Shown: in pieces, positions 1-11,100 of the stretch
How positions within the stretch are numbered: the stretch's first letter is position 1
How the letters are laid out: each line of letters opens with the position of its first letter
Origin: Limisphaerales bacterium
Lineage (GTDB): Bacteria > Verrucomicrobiota > Verrucomicrobiia > Limisphaerales > JADJPG01
NCBI GenBank assembly: GCA_044230345.1
Contig: JBGARF010000002.1
Span: 193,291 to 257,290, forward strand
DNA: 64,000 bases
Reading direction: 5' to 3'
Translations under genes and position numbers: made by a program
The notes under the pieces: model-generated
What the model saw: only the letters and a program-made list of their open reading frames with translations
What the model was told of the DNA's origin: nothing
Database searches by the model: none

Positions 1-274
1 TGCCCGAGAACAGACCGAAAGAAGGGATTCGTAACCGTTCGCCTTCCGCCGCTCGTCCCCCGGAACGGGCCGAGCATTGCGGCGTTGCCGTAAAACTCAA
101 GCCGCATTTCTTTGATGTTTTTTGGGGGAGCGGCGCATCGGGCGATCCGAGCGGAACGCGGAGCATCTCACGAAGAGGTAGGCCCCAAGCGATCCTTGAT
201 TTTTTGAAATAGTAGAAATTGTCGTGGTCCGATCATCGCGACGGCTTGTAGCACTCGTTAGAAAACCAGTGACT

Positions 275-3200
275 ATGCGCATTACATCGGACACAGCCAC
301 CACCGAACGGAAGCAAGGGCTTCGGACTCCTCGAGCAGTGCCGCCCCTCCCCCTCCGTTTTCCGGGCACTTTGAGCTTCTCTGCTCAGAATTGCCTCACC
401 CTGCTGCTGGCTCTTTCCACCCTCACGGCCTTTGCCGACGATCGGGTCTACAATACCAGCGGCACGCTGGACTGGGTGATGGTGGAGGAGCGTCGGCCGT
501 ATTTTCAGGGGAGCAACTGGAGTCCTTTCCAGGGCAATGGTTATCCCGTGGTCAGCACGGAGGGGGCTTGGGTCGATTTCTACGCCGGTTTTGGAGACCT
601 TGGCTCGGCGGGAAGCGGATTCTCCCACTTTTCCACCTGGCCGATAGTCAACCCAATCCATCCGGATGATGGCGTCAAGATTGCCTATCTGGGCACCACG
701 GAAACAGGACACGATACAGACGGCGCCGAAGGAACTTCTGCCGGCAGCACCGGAGCGCCGCCCTTTGGAATCTTGACCAACGTCTGGTATCGGTTTGCCA
801 TCCGTTGCTGGCAGCCGGCCGATGGGACGCCTCACGTGGGGTATGTGGGACAATGGCAGCGGGAGGAGACATCCGGTGTCTGGTATCACAAGGTGACATT
901 CAAGATGCCCTTCACGGCGACGGGGGTGACGGGGCTGGGTGGATTCATCGAAGGCATTTTTCCCTACGACGGGGCCCGGCAGCTCAATTTCCGCAACGCC
1001 TACGCCCACCAGTTTGGCCAGCCTGCGACCACGATTCAGAAGGCCAATCAGTGCTCGGTTTTCATGAACCCATCGCCGGGCGGTTATGCGGGTCTCAGCC
1101 CGGATGGCAGTTATGTCATTGCGAGTTCAATGTATAATGTCACCGCGGATCCGCTCGGCACGTCCTACCCCGTGAACTGCGCCGGCAACACGGTGACAAT
1201 CACCTTGGCCAACCAACCCGCGACCCCGCCATTTGATCCCATCGTGGTCACCAGCCGCGGCGCCACCGCATTTGGCTCGCAGTTACTGGTGCACTGGGCA
1301 TCGCCCGCCACGAGTTCGCCGCAACTGGGCTACAGAATCGAGGTGTTCAACGATGCCAGTTATTCGGGTGCGCCGGCGCTGACTTTCGTTGAGCGCGAGC
1401 CGGAGATTCGCCAGAAGCTACTGAACATCCCCAGCATCGCCACCCCTTACGTCCGGCTTACCATCACCGATATCTTTGATCGCACCAGCGATCCAATCCT
1501 GATCACGCCGGTCGCGGCAACGCTGAACCCGCCCACCGAGGTCACCGGCGCAGTCAGCGGTCTCTCCTACAATTACTACCAGGCCGGGAACGGTGTCGTG
1601 TGGTCGAACCTGCCGGTTTTCTCAGCCCTGACCCCGGTGTTGCAAGGTGCGGTGGGCAATGTGGACACCAGCCTTCGCACCCGGCGCAGCCAATACGCGT
1701 TCAACTATACCGGCTTCATTCAGGTGCCCGCCAACGGACTTTATGCCTTTACGCTCACCTCCTATGACAGCAGCAAGCTGTTGGTGGACGGCGTCGAGGT
1801 GGTCAACTTCGACGGTCTTCATCAGCGGGCGGACAAAAGCGGCTGGATCGCCCTGGCGGCGGGCCAGCATGCGGTCAGCGTCCAATACGCCTTTTCAGAC
1901 CAGCGCGGGCAGACGACGTATTGGGACGATATCTGGGTTGCCTATGAAGGCCCGGGGATCAGCAAACAGTGGGTGCCGGCCAACGCCTGGTATCGCCTGC
2001 CGGGCAGCGGCGAACCGACCGTCAGCCTGGCCACGCCGGCCAACAGCGGCACGGTCTGCGGCTCGAATATCACCCTGACGGCCGCGGTCACCCTGAACGG
2101 CGCCACGGCGAACCGCATTCAATACTACGTCGGCAACTATTCCCTGGGCCAGTCCGCCACCAGTCCGTATTCGATCACAGCGCTCTATGGCGCTGCCGCG
2201 ACGAACCGGCTCCGCGCACGCTTGTTTTACAACGACGGCTATTCGGTGGATTCCGTCCCGGATTCGCTGGTGGCCACGACCAACATGGACGTGTCGCCCT
2301 GGACCTTGACCCCTCTGCAATTCCACAACTATCCCACGGGAGCGAGGGTTCAGGCAGGCGAGGTCACATTGACCGGCGACTATCTCAATTTGATGACGCG
2401 CCAGGTCACCGGCGACTTTACCTTCATCGCTCGCCTGGCCGCGATGACGCCGAATGTCCCATCAACGGATGGCCGCTTGCCGGAAGGGGCATGGCGCGCG
2501 GGTGTCATCGTTCGCGGCACCACCAACCTGACGATGGGCCAACCGTTGGGCGATGGTACTGTCACTCGGTCCACGGAACTGTTCAGTTCGGTCGGCGGTG
2601 GCACGCATTACGAGGACGACACCATGCGCGACGCCAACGGCGATGCCAACAGGTGGTCGGCTGACCTTGGCGGGGCCCATCGCTGGTATAAAATCGTTCG
2701 TGCCGGCGACACCTTTTACAGCTCGATCTCAGCGGATGGAGCGAACTGGAAGCAGGTCTGGAGCAACACGCTGACCAACATCGGCCCGGCGCCCCATGTG
2801 GGCCTGTTCACCTATGCCGTCCAGTCTGCAAATCCGCACCGGCACTGGGCCACGTTCGACAGCATCAGCCTGGTCGGAAATGGCGTGGGCGCGCCGGAGG
2901 TCACCGTTTCACCGGCCACCGTGCGGACAGGCGCCGGCCAGACCGTGATTTTGAGCGCCGGCGTGGTCGGTCGAGCTCCGTTTGCCTTTCAGTGGCAGCA
3001 TAACGGAGCGAACATCGTGGGCGCCACGAACTCAACGCTCACCCTGAGCGGCGTCCAGCTCTCCGACAGTGGCACCTACACCGTCACCCTTCTCGCTGGC
3101 AACGGCAGTGCGGACAGCGGTCCCTCGGCCTTGACCGTGGCGGAGCCGTGGATTTGGGATGCCAGACCTGCTTTATCCAGCGTGCAGGATGGCAGCGGCA

Positions 3201-6200
3201 TCTGGAGCGGCACGGCGACCAACTGGTGGGCCGGTGCCGGCGATGTGGCCTGGCAGGACGGTTACCCGGCGGCCTTCGGCGTCAACACCACCACGAATTG
3301 TACGGTGACCCTAACCAACGACGTGACGCCCTTGAGCCTGGCCTTCAACGCCACCGGCGGCGGGAGCTACACATTGGCGGGCGCCAACACGATTTGGGCG
3401 AACGACGCGCCGCTGCCCATCCTCTGCAATGCCGACGCCACCATCAGCGGCATCCTCAACGGCAGCGGCGGCGTGGCCAAGAGCGGCAGCGGCAAGCTCA
3501 CCTTCAGCGGCGACGACAGCTACGCCGGCAGCGGGGGCCTGTTCATCAATGGCGGAACGCTGGTTTTGAACACCCCGCACTTCAACACATTTCACGGCGG
3601 CGGCGTTTTCATCAACAACGGCTCCACCTTTCGCGTCACGCAAACGGGCGGGGCAACCCGTTACGACTTCCCCGGCACCCCGTTCACCTTCGACGCGAAT
3701 GGCGGCGGGACCATTGATACGTCCAGCGGCGTGAACTTTGTGATCCGGGGCGAATGCGCCTTTAACACCCGCGGCGGTGCGCAGGACCTCATCATCGGAT
3801 CGAGCGGACTGAACCTGGGAGGGCACCCCATTGTCTTCGACGTGACGCGTGGAACCGGCGTGAGCGATTTAAAGGTGGCGACGCACCTCTGGAACGCCGG
3901 CTTCCTGACCAAGACCGGCACCGGAATTCTGGAACTCTCCGCCACCAACACCTACCCCGGTGCCACGACCGTCGAAGCCGGAATGCTTTGGGTGAACGGC
4001 GAAATCGCTGCCGGAGAGCTGACGGTCAACACCGACGGATCGCTGGGCGGCACCGGCGTTATCGCCGGCCCCACCACCATAAGGGCGGGCGGGACGCTCT
4101 CGCCGGGCACCACCGGGATTGGCACGCTCACCATCAACAACAGCCTGTCTCTCTCAGGAGTAACTCGGACGCGTCTCAATGCATCAGCCGCCACGGCCGA
4201 CAAAGTTCGAGGCCTCAGCAGCCTGGTCTGCGGCGGCACCCTAAGCGTCGTCAACCTGGATGGCGTGCTCGCGGCGGGCCACACCTTCACTCTCTTCAGC
4301 GCCGCCACCTACCAGGGGACTTTCGACAACATCATCCTGCCGGCGCTCAACGACGGTCTGACTTGGAACACGGCCAGTCTGGCCGTTAATGGAACCCTCT
4401 CCGTGGTCGCGTTTACCGGGGCGAACCCGCCCGCAGATGCCCCCTTGAACCTCACGGCTTCGATTGCTTCTGGTCGTCAGATCAATCTCAGTTGGTCTCC
4501 CGTCAATGGGGCCACCGCCTATGTGCTGAGCCGCGATGGAACGCCCCTGGCGAGCGTCTCGGGCACCAGTTATGCCGACACGGATTTTACTCCCGGCGCG
4601 ACCTCCTGTTACACCGTCACGGCAGTGAACTTCGGCGGCAGTTCCGCGGCCAGCCCCAGCGCCTGCGCCAACGCAACGCTGACGTGGGATGCCAATCTCG
4701 GCCCTGGCGGGGCTCAGGACGGCAATGGAATCTGGGACACCACCTCGGCGCATTGGTTTGTGGGCAGTAGCAATTTCATCTGGGCGGAGCACAGCGCCGC
4801 GAGCTTTTGTGTCAGTACCGGCACGAATTGCACCGTGACGATCGCCCAGGATGTCACTCCGGCATGTCTCACCTTCAACGAATCTGGCAAAGGCCAATAC
4901 ACCCTAGCCGGCGGCGGCGGGGGCATCATCTTGTCCGGCCCAACCGTGATCACCGTCTCCAACGCGGGCGCCATCGCCACCCGGAACAGTGCCGGCGTGA
5001 GCGCCGAGCTCAAGGGCGCCGGGTCACTAATCAAGGCGGGCCGGGGCACGCTGGCGTTGACCGGCGGCAACAACACTTACACGGGTGGCACCATCATCAA
5101 GGAAGGAACGTTGTATGTGAACCAGGCCAACGAGAACTTCGGGTCCTCGACCTTTCAAGGGGCCGTCACAGTAGATCCAGGCGCGACGCTCATCATGAGC
5201 AACAATCCGGCCGGCTGGGGCGGTGGATTGACGACCCTGAATGTCAACGGCGGCATCGTCACCGGCAACGGCGGCATCGGCGCCTTCGGGGTGATCTACA
5301 ACCTGACCAGCGGCCAAATCACCGGAGCGGCCAGGATGGATTTGGGCACCTACAATTTCGTCGATGGCGCCATCCATTCCCTGGCCAGTTCCGCCACTTC
5401 GATCATCAACCCTGGCCAGGGTCTGATGCTCCGCGGCGATTCGGGGCAGACGAATTATGTCATCGCCGTGGAGGCGGGATCCACGGCCAACAAGGTGGAC
5501 CTGCAAATCATTGGGGCAATTGCGGAAAATGGTGCGGCCTGTTCCCTGACCAAGGCGGGGCCGGGCACGCTGGTGCTAACCGGCGGCAACAACACCTACA
5601 CCGGCGGCACCATTATCAACGACGGAATCCTCTATGTGAACCAGGACAACGAGGGCTTCAATTCCTCGGCTTTTCGGGGGACCGTCACGGTCAACCCGGG
5701 CGCGACGCTGACCATGCTCAACAACCCGGCCGGCTGGGGCGGCGGGTTGACAGCATTGAATGTCAACGGCGGCACCGTCACCGGCAACGGCGGTCTCGGG
5801 GCGTTCGGCGTGATCTACAACCTGACCGGTGGCCACATCACCGGCACGTCCAGGATCGATTTGGGCAGCTACAATTCCGTCAATGGCGCGATCCGTTCTC
5901 TCGCCAGCCCCGTCACTTCGATCGTCAACCCTGGCTTGGGCCTGATGCTCCGCGGCGATTCCGGGCAGACGGCCTACGTCATCACCGTCGACGCGGGAAC
6001 GACTCCCAGCGGAGTGGATCTGCAATTCGATGGCGGCATCACGGAAAACGCTTCGCCCTGTTCCCTGATCAAGGCGGGTCCCGGCACGCTCGCGCTTGCT
6101 GGCGTCAGCAGTTACACGGGCGCCACCATCGTGAGCAACGGGACGCTGCTGGTGAATGGTCGTCTGGATCCGCGCAGCGGAGTCACCGTTCTCGCCAACG

Positions 6201-7042
6201 GGATCCTGGGAGGGACGGGAACCTTGAATGGCCCCACGACCGTTCAGGCGGGTGGCGCTCTGTCGCCAGGAGCCAAATCGATCGGCAATTTGATTGTGAA
6301 CGACAACCTGACGCTGTCCGGCGGAAGCACGGTTTTGATGGAAGCCAGCAAAAACGGCGGACTGTTGCGCAGCGATGTTGCGTTCGTCAGCGGCACGCTG
6401 GTTCAGAACGGAACCTTGGTGGTGACCCATCTCGGCCCTGACCCCTTGGCGCCGGGCGACAACGTCCTGTTGTTCGGTGCCGGCACCTTCCGCGGCGGGT
6501 TCACGAATCTCATCCTGCCCGCGCTGCCTGCTGGATTGGTGTGGTTGACCAATTCGCTGGCCGATGAGGGCGCGCTGACGGTCGGTGTGAGGACCTCCAG
6601 CCTGAACTATCTGGCCGGCCCCAACGGGACTCTTTCCGGCGTCGTCCGGCAAACGGTGAATTACGCGGGCAGCGGTAGCACGGTCACCGCCGTGCCGGAC
6701 ACCGGCTACCGGTTCACCCGTTGGAGCGACGGTCTGATCGCCAACCCGCGAACGGACACCCATGTGACGAACGACCTGACGGTCACGGCGAACTTCGAGC
6801 CGGTAGCCGCCGCGCAGCCCGTCATCACGAACGCCGCCAAGGCGCCTAACGGAACAGCGTTCACCCTCACCGGGCAAGGCGTGGCCGGCCTGAGTTATGT
6901 CCTGCTGATCGCCTCGAACCTGCCGCCCGTGGCCTGGCAGCCGGTGCGGACGAACACGGCGGATAACAGTGGCGTGTTCCACTTCACCGACCTCGGAGCG
7001 ACCAACGCCCAGCGGTTCTATCGCGTCCGATCCAGTCCGTAG
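275..7042 (+). CDS. giant secreted surface protein (PA14 domain, Ig-like modules, autotransporter-associated beta-strand repeats, Listeria-Bacteroides/InlB-B-type repeat)
   Basis: ORF track gives 224..7042 with GTG at 224. The first ATG, at 275, lies upstream of a hydrophobic signal-like stretch LTLLLALSTLTAFA. PA14-like segment GLYAFTLTSYDSSKLLVDGVEVVNFDG. Ig-like FAFQWQHNG..SGTYTVTL. At least five G.G.L.L.G.N.YTG.T.I..G.L.VN beta-strand-repeat motifs. GYRFTRWSDG repeat. Ends QRFYRVRSSP. Start codon uncertain. Confidence 0.9.
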   Translation: MRITSDTATTERKQGLRTPRAVPPLPLRFPGTLSFSAQNCLTLLLALSTLTAFADDRVYNTSGTLDWVMVEERRPYFQGSNWSPFQGNGYPVVSTEGAWVDFYAGFGDLGSAGSGFSHFSTWPIVNPIHPDDGVKIAYLGTTETGHDTDGAEGTSAGSTGAPPFGILTNVWYRFAIRCWQPADGTPHVGYVGQWQREETSGVWYHKVTFKMPFTATGVTGLGGFIEGIFPYDGARQLNFRNAYAHQFGQPATTIQKANQCSVFMNPSPGGYAGLSPDGSYVIASSMYNVTADPLGTSYPVNCAGNTVTITLANQPATPPFDPIVVTSRGATAFGSQLLVHWASPATSSPQLGYRIEVFNDASYSGAPALTFVEREPEIRQKLLNIPSIATPYVRLTITDIFDRTSDPILITPVAATLNPPTEVTGAVSGLSYNYYQAGNGVVWSNLPVFSALTPVLQGAVGNVDTSLRTRRSQYAFNYTGFIQVPANGLYAFTLTSYDSSKLLVDGVEVVNFDGLHQRADKSGWIALAAGQHAVSVQYAFSDQRGQTTYWDDIWVAYEGPGISKQWVPANAWYRLPGSGEPTVSLATPANSGTVCGSNITLTAAVTLNGATANRIQYYVGNYSLGQSATSPYSITALYGAAATNRLRARLFYNDGYSVDSVPDSLVATTNMDVSPWTLTPLQFHNYPTGARVQAGEVTLTGDYLNLMTRQVTGDFTFIARLAAMTPNVPSTDGRLPEGAWRAGVIVRGTTNLTMGQPLGDGTVTRSTELFSSVGGGTHYEDDTMRDANGDANRWSADLGGAHRWYKIVRAGDTFYSSISADGANWKQVWSNTLTNIGPAPHVGLFTYAVQSANPHRHWATFDSISLVGNGVGAPEVTVSPATVRTGAGQTVILSAGVVGRAPFAFQWQHNGANIVGATNSTLTLSGVQLSDSGTYTVTLLAGNGSADSGPSALTVAEPWIWDARPALSSVQDGSGIWSGTATNWWAGAGDVAWQDGYPAAFGVNTTTNCTVTLTNDVTPLSLAFNATGGGSYTLAGANTIWANDAPLPILCNADATISGILNGSGGVAKSGSGKLTFSGDDSYAGSGGLFINGGTLVLNTPHFNTFHGGGVFINNGSTFRVTQTGGATRYDFPGTPFTFDANGGGTIDTSSGVNFVIRGECAFNTRGGAQDLIIGSSGLNLGGHPIVFDVTRGTGVSDLKVATHLWNAGFLTKTGTGILELSATNTYPGATTVEAGMLWVNGEIAAGELTVNTDGSLGGTGVIAGPTTIRAGGTLSPGTTGIGTLTINNSLSLSGVTRTRLNASAATADKVRGLSSLVCGGTLSVVNLDGVLAAGHTFTLFSAATYQGTFDNIILPALNDGLTWNTASLAVNGTLSVVAFTGANPPADAPLNLTASIASGRQINLSWSPVNGATAYVLSRDGTPLASVSGTSYADTDFTPGATSCYTVTAVNFGGSSAASPSACANATLTWDANLGPGGAQDGNGIWDTTSAHWFVGSSNFIWAEHSAASFCVSTGTNCTVTIAQDVTPACLTFNESGKGQYTLAGGGGGIILSGPTVITVSNAGAIATRNSAGVSAELKGAGSLIKAGRGTLALTGGNNTYTGGTIIKEGTLYVNQANENFGSSTFQGAVTVDPGATLIMSNNPAGWGGGLTTLNVNGGIVTGNGGIGAFGVIYNLTSGQITGAARMDLGTYNFVDGAIHSLASSATSIINPGQGLMLRGDSGQTNYVIAVEAGSTANKVDLQIIGAIAENGAACSLTKAGPGTLVLTGGNNTYTGGTIINDGILYVNQDNEGFNSSAFRGTVTVNPGATLTMLNNPAGWGGGLTALNVNGGTVTGNGGLGAFGVIYNLTGGHITGTSRIDLGSYNSVNGAIRSLASPVTSIVNPGLGLMLRGDSGQTAYVITVDAGTTPSGVDLQFDGGITENASPCSLIKAGPGTLALAGVSSYTGATIVSNGTLLVNGRLDPRSGVTVLANGILGGTGTLNGPTTVQAGGALSPGAKSIGNLIVNDNLTLSGGSTVLMEASKNGGLLRSDVAFVSGTLVQNGTLVVTHLGPDPLAPGDNVLLFGAGTFRGGFTNLILPALPAGLVWLTNSLADEGALTVGVRTSSLNYLAGPNGTLSGVVRQTVNYAGSGSTVTAVPDTGYRFTRWSDGLIANPRTDTHVTNDLTVTANFEPVAAAQPVITNAAKAPNGTAFTLTGQGVAGLSYVLLIASNLPPVAWQPVRTNTADNSGVFHFTDLGATNAQRFYRVRSSP
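5033..6070 (+). repeat. in-frame tandem duplication (2 x 519 bp) inside the giant surface-protein gene
   Basis: Unit 1 (5033-5551) and unit 2 (5552-6070) both start at the AAG codon of KAG(R/P)GTL.LTGGNNTYTGGTII and run 173 codons. A third KAGPGTLALAG start follows at 6071. Roughly three quarters of residues are identical by eye. Confidence 0.85.
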
Positions 7043-7088
7043 TTCAGACGCTCAACAAGGGCCGCTGGCTGACGTCGCCTCGGAGGCA

Positions 7089-7124
7089 GGCGCCGGGCGG
7101 AGATTTCCGACCGGCGCCTTTTCC
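7089..7124 (+). terminator. putative intrinsic terminator after the giant surface-protein gene
   Basis: 8-bp GC stem ggcgccgg (7089-7096) pairs with ccggcgcc (7111-7118). It is followed by tttt (7119-7122), 47 nt after the stop codon. Confidence 0.55.
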
Positions 7125-7280
7125 CTCGACCCATCGCAGGCGTTCAGACCGCAGGGGTGGAGGACCAGGTCCTGCTCCCGAATCACTCCCCCGCGCTGCA
7201 GCAGGCATGGACGAACGAGCCGGATTGGGCCCCATCTTCCGACTTTCTCTTTCTCCGGCGATGACTAAGCTCCGCCCGCG

Positions 7281-8018
7281 ATGGCACACCATGGGAATCC
7301 ACCGGGGGACGCGATCCGCTTTCGGACGACGCGGTGGAGCGTCGTGCTGCGCGCCGGGCAGTCGTCAACCGACGAGGCGTCGCCCGCGCTGGAGGAGTTG
7401 TGCCGCACCTATTGGTATCCCCTCTATCTCTACGTCCGCCGCCGGGGCCACGACGCTCATCAAGCCCAGGATCTCACCCAGGGCTTCTTTGCCCGTCTGC
7501 TGGAGAAGAACTCCTTTGCCGTCGCCGATCCCGACCGCGGCCGATTCCGCACCTTTCTGCTCTGCGCGCTGAACAATTTTCTTCACAACGAGCATGAGCA
7601 CGCGACCCGGGCCAAGCGCGGCGGCGGCCGGGAGATGCTGCCCCTCGAGGCCGAGGACGCCGAGCAACGCTTCCAGAACGAGCCGGCCTGTCACGAAACC
7701 CCGGAGCGGATCTTCGAGCGGCGCTGGGTGGAGACCCTGCTCCAGCGCGTGATCACGCGCCTGCGCCAGGAAAACATCGACGCCGGGGACGGCGAACGGT
7801 TTGAGATCCTCAAGGTTTATCTGGTGGAGGATCGCGGCGCCGTCACCTTTGCCGACATGGCCCCCCGGCTCGGCCTGACCGAGGCTGGCGTGAAGGGAGT
7901 GGTGCGCCGCCTCCGCGGCCGCTATCGCGAAATCCTGCGCGAGGAGGTGGCCCAAACGCTGGACGACCCTGCGGACGTCGACTCCGAGATCCGCCACCTC
8001 CTCGCCGCCTTGAGCTGA
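7281..8018 (+). CDS. ECF-type RNA polymerase sigma factor (Ser/Thr-kinase-associated type)
   Basis: 245-aa ORF. Region-2-like TYWYPLYLYVRRRGHDAHQAQDLTQGFF. Region-4 HTH-like TFADMAPRLGLTEAGVKGVVRRLRGRYRE. Clearly paralogous to the ORF at 33432..34172, with about half of the N-terminal positions identical by eye. A kinase gene follows after 83 bp. Confidence 0.85.
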   Translation: MAHHGNPPGDAIRFRTTRWSVVLRAGQSSTDEASPALEELCRTYWYPLYLYVRRRGHDAHQAQDLTQGFFARLLEKNSFAVADPDRGRFRTFLLCALNNFLHNEHEHATRAKRGGGREMLPLEAEDAEQRFQNEPACHETPERIFERRWVETLLQRVITRLRQENIDAGDGERFEILKVYLVEDRGAVTFADMAPRLGLTEAGVKGVVRRLRGRYREILREEVAQTLDDPADVDSEIRHLLAALS

Positions 8019-8101
8019 GCCACGACGTGATTTGAGGTGATGTCCGGAAAATTTCCGCAGTCCGGCAAGCGCCGGCTGCTGTAGCATCCATCGAAACTGA
8101 C

Positions 8102-11100
8102 ATGCCCGAGCCCAGCCAGCCTTGCGGTCGATGCGGACGTCCGCTGGACGCTTCGTCCGTCGAAGGTCTGTGCTGTGCCTGTCTGCTGGGCCGTGCCCTG
8201 CTCAGCGAGATGGATGACGAAATCGCCGCGGGCGAGCCGCTTCGCCTCGGTGACTACGACCTGCTGGAGCGCCTGGGCCAGGGCGGCATGGGGGTGGTCT
8301 ACCGGGCCCGACACCGGCCGCTAAACCGCCTGGTCGCGCTGAAGATCATCTCCGCCGGCGAGCTGGCCGCTCCGGATTTCGTGGAGCGATTTCGCATCGA
8401 AGCCGAGGCCGCCGCCAGCCTTGATCACCCGAACATCGTCCCCATTTACGAGATCGGGAGGGAGGGTGAACGCCATTTCTTTGCGATGAAGCTGGCCGAG
8501 GGCGGCACCCTGGCCAACCGGCCCGGGGCCGGATCCGGAGCCGGGCTCTGGCGGAGCAGCAACGAGGAGGTCGCCAGGCTCATGGCGTGCCTGGCCCAGG
8601 CGGTCCACTATGCCCATCAGCGCGGCGTGCTCCATCGCGACATCAAGCCGGACAACGTGCTGCTCGACACCTCGGGCAAACCGCTGCTCAGCGACTTCGG
8701 TCTGGCCAAGCTGATCGATCAGGATTCCCAGTTGACCCGCACCCTTGCGGTCCTTGGCACCCCGGCCTACATCGCCCCGGAGCAAGCCGCCGGCGCCGGC
8801 ACGCCGGTCACCACCGCCACGGACGTCTACGGCCTGGGCGCCGTGCTTTACGAGCTGCTCACGGGCCGCCCTCCCTTTGCCGGGCACACGGCCGCCGCCA
8901 CCCTCCGCCAGGTGCTCGAACAGGATCCGGTGCGCCTCTCGCATCTTCAGCCGGCCATTCACCAGGACCTCGAAACCATCTGCCTGAAGTGCCTCGAAAA
9001 AAATCCGGCGTCGCGCTACGGCTCGGCCCTCGCCTTGGCGGAGGACCTGGAGCGATGGCTGCGTCACGAGCCGATCGAGGCGCGCCCGGCCACGGCCATC
9101 GAGCGGGTCGTGAAATGGGTTCGCCGTCATCCGGCTTATTCCGCGCTGATTACCGTCGTGGCCGTCTCGCTTGTCAGCATCGCGCTGATCTCCAACATCG
9201 CCCGGGCGCGAGTCGCGGCCGCGCTCCAGGAATCAGAGGCGCAGAAATCCCGGATTCAGCAGAGCCGGCGCGAGCTGGCCACCAGTCAGGCCAGCACCGC
9301 CCGGCAGCTTGGCAGCTCCCTCTTTCTGCAGGGGATCCATGCGGCCGAAGCCCGGCAAAATGGCCCCGCTCTGGCCTATTGGGCGCACGCGCTCCGTGTC
9401 GATCCTCTCCACCGTGGGGCCGCCTCCCGGATCTTTCACACTCTCTCGCAGTGCCGGTTTCTCCAGCCGGCCATTCCCCCGCTGGTCGAACATCGGATGG
9501 TCAGCCAGTGCGCCATCACTCCAGATGGCGAGCGCGTCGCCATCGGCTTCCAGCGGGAGACGAATCAGGTCTGGATTCGCGACGCCCACACGGGACGCCT
9601 GCTGCACCGCATCGGGCTCGGCAAACCCTGCCAGCGGCTGGCCATGAGTCCTGACGGCCAATACCTCGCGACCGCCGCCGGCCTTCCGGGGAACGGCCCG
9701 GGCAGCGTGCAACTGTGGGAGGTCGCGACCGGGACAGCCGCAAGCCCCGCCATCCCTACGCCCGAGGGGATTGAGTTTCTGAACTTCAGTCCGGATGGGC
9801 ACTCCATCGCTTTCACGATCGTAAACGCTCTCCTCTACGTGGCTGACGTGCCGTCCGGCAGGATCCGCCTGGAACCCCGCAGCTACCCGCCGTCCATCAG
9901 AACGCAGACCAGCCCCGTGTGGGCTCCGGACTCCCGGAGCGTGTATGCCGGCGTCAACAACACCAGGATCGTCCGTTACGATGCGACGACGGGTAACATT
10001 CTCGCGACCTGGCAAGCCCGGAGCGATCCTCTGAGTGAGCTGCATCTCTCGCCGGACGGCGCACGAATGATCACCTTGACCGGGCGCAAGGTGCCCGTCT
10101 ACGACACCTCGACCGGCTCTGTCGTGCAGTGGCTGACTCATGAACACTCGCCTGAGTGCATGGCCATTTCTCCGCAGGGCGACACCGTCGCCATCGCCAA
10201 GCACGACGGGACAATCCGCCTGTGGAACATCAAGGATGCCACGGTCAAGGCCACCTTTGACGCCGTCACCCCGCAGCGACACATGGTCTTCAGCCTGGAT
10301 GGCACCTCGCTGGCCTCTCACGGATTCGACAATGCCCTCCGGCTTTGGGACGTCCGTTCCGGTGAGTCCCTCTGCGAGCCGGCGCTCCACGAACAGACGA
10401 TCACCACGATCGCTTTCCATCCCGATGGCCGCGGCGTTGTCAGCGGCTCGCGCGACGGGGCCGTCCATTTTTGGAAATTGAGCGCCTCTCACCGGAGCGA
10501 ACAGCGTTTGCCCCATGACGACGGGGTGCGCCGCGCCACCTTCTCCCCGAGCCAGCACCTGATCGCCACCGCCACCCTCGACCGGCATGTCCGCGTGTGG
10601 CGTCGGTCCGGGGAATTGCTCAGCCGCTCCGGACCGTTCTCCGCTCCCGTCGCGAGCCTTCAGTTCAGCCGCGACGATCGTCGCCTGCTTGTCAGCTACG
10701 GACGACATGCCGAGGTCCGCGATGCGCACAGCGGCCAGCCGATCGGCCCGGCGCTGGATCAGGAGACGCAGATGTTTTGCGTCTTGGCTCCCGACGGAGA
10801 GACCGTCGTCGGCGGCAGCCAGAGCTTGCTTCACTTCTGGGATGCGCGCTCGGGGGCGGAACGACTTCCACCCACCCGGCTGTCCCATCCGCTGCGCGAC
10901 GTTCGCCTAACCCCCGATGGGACCCGCATCGCCACGGTGATCACCACCGCCGAAGTCGATTTGTGGAACCTGACCAATGGTCAGCACCTCGCCACCTTTC
11001 AGTGTGAAGGCTCGCCCCGGGCCGTGCGGTTTGCCCGCGACGGCCGGACCATGGTGGCCATTCAGCCCAATGGATTTGTCGTGTTCGACGTGGCCACGGG

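Noticed and set aside
31-57. ECF-like promoter candidate GTAACC-N17-CGTC near the window start, upstream of the giant surface-protein gene.
   Set aside because: It is a single low-information match about 220 nt from the likely start codon. It may lie inside an upstream gene truncated by the window edge, and no second copy is present upstream of the sigma genes.
4807-6982. ORFs 4807..6441 (+, alternative frame) and 5576..6982 (-) within the giant surface-protein gene.
   Set aside because: Their translations are Arg/Gly/His-rich repeats that mirror the tandem duplication. The annotated frame carries the beta-strand-repeat motifs.
9233-10888. 551-aa ORF antisense to the first kinase WD40 region. 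Also 16183..17220, antisense to the second kinase.
   Set aside because: No motifs. The sense frames contain serial WD40-like units and kinase subdomains.
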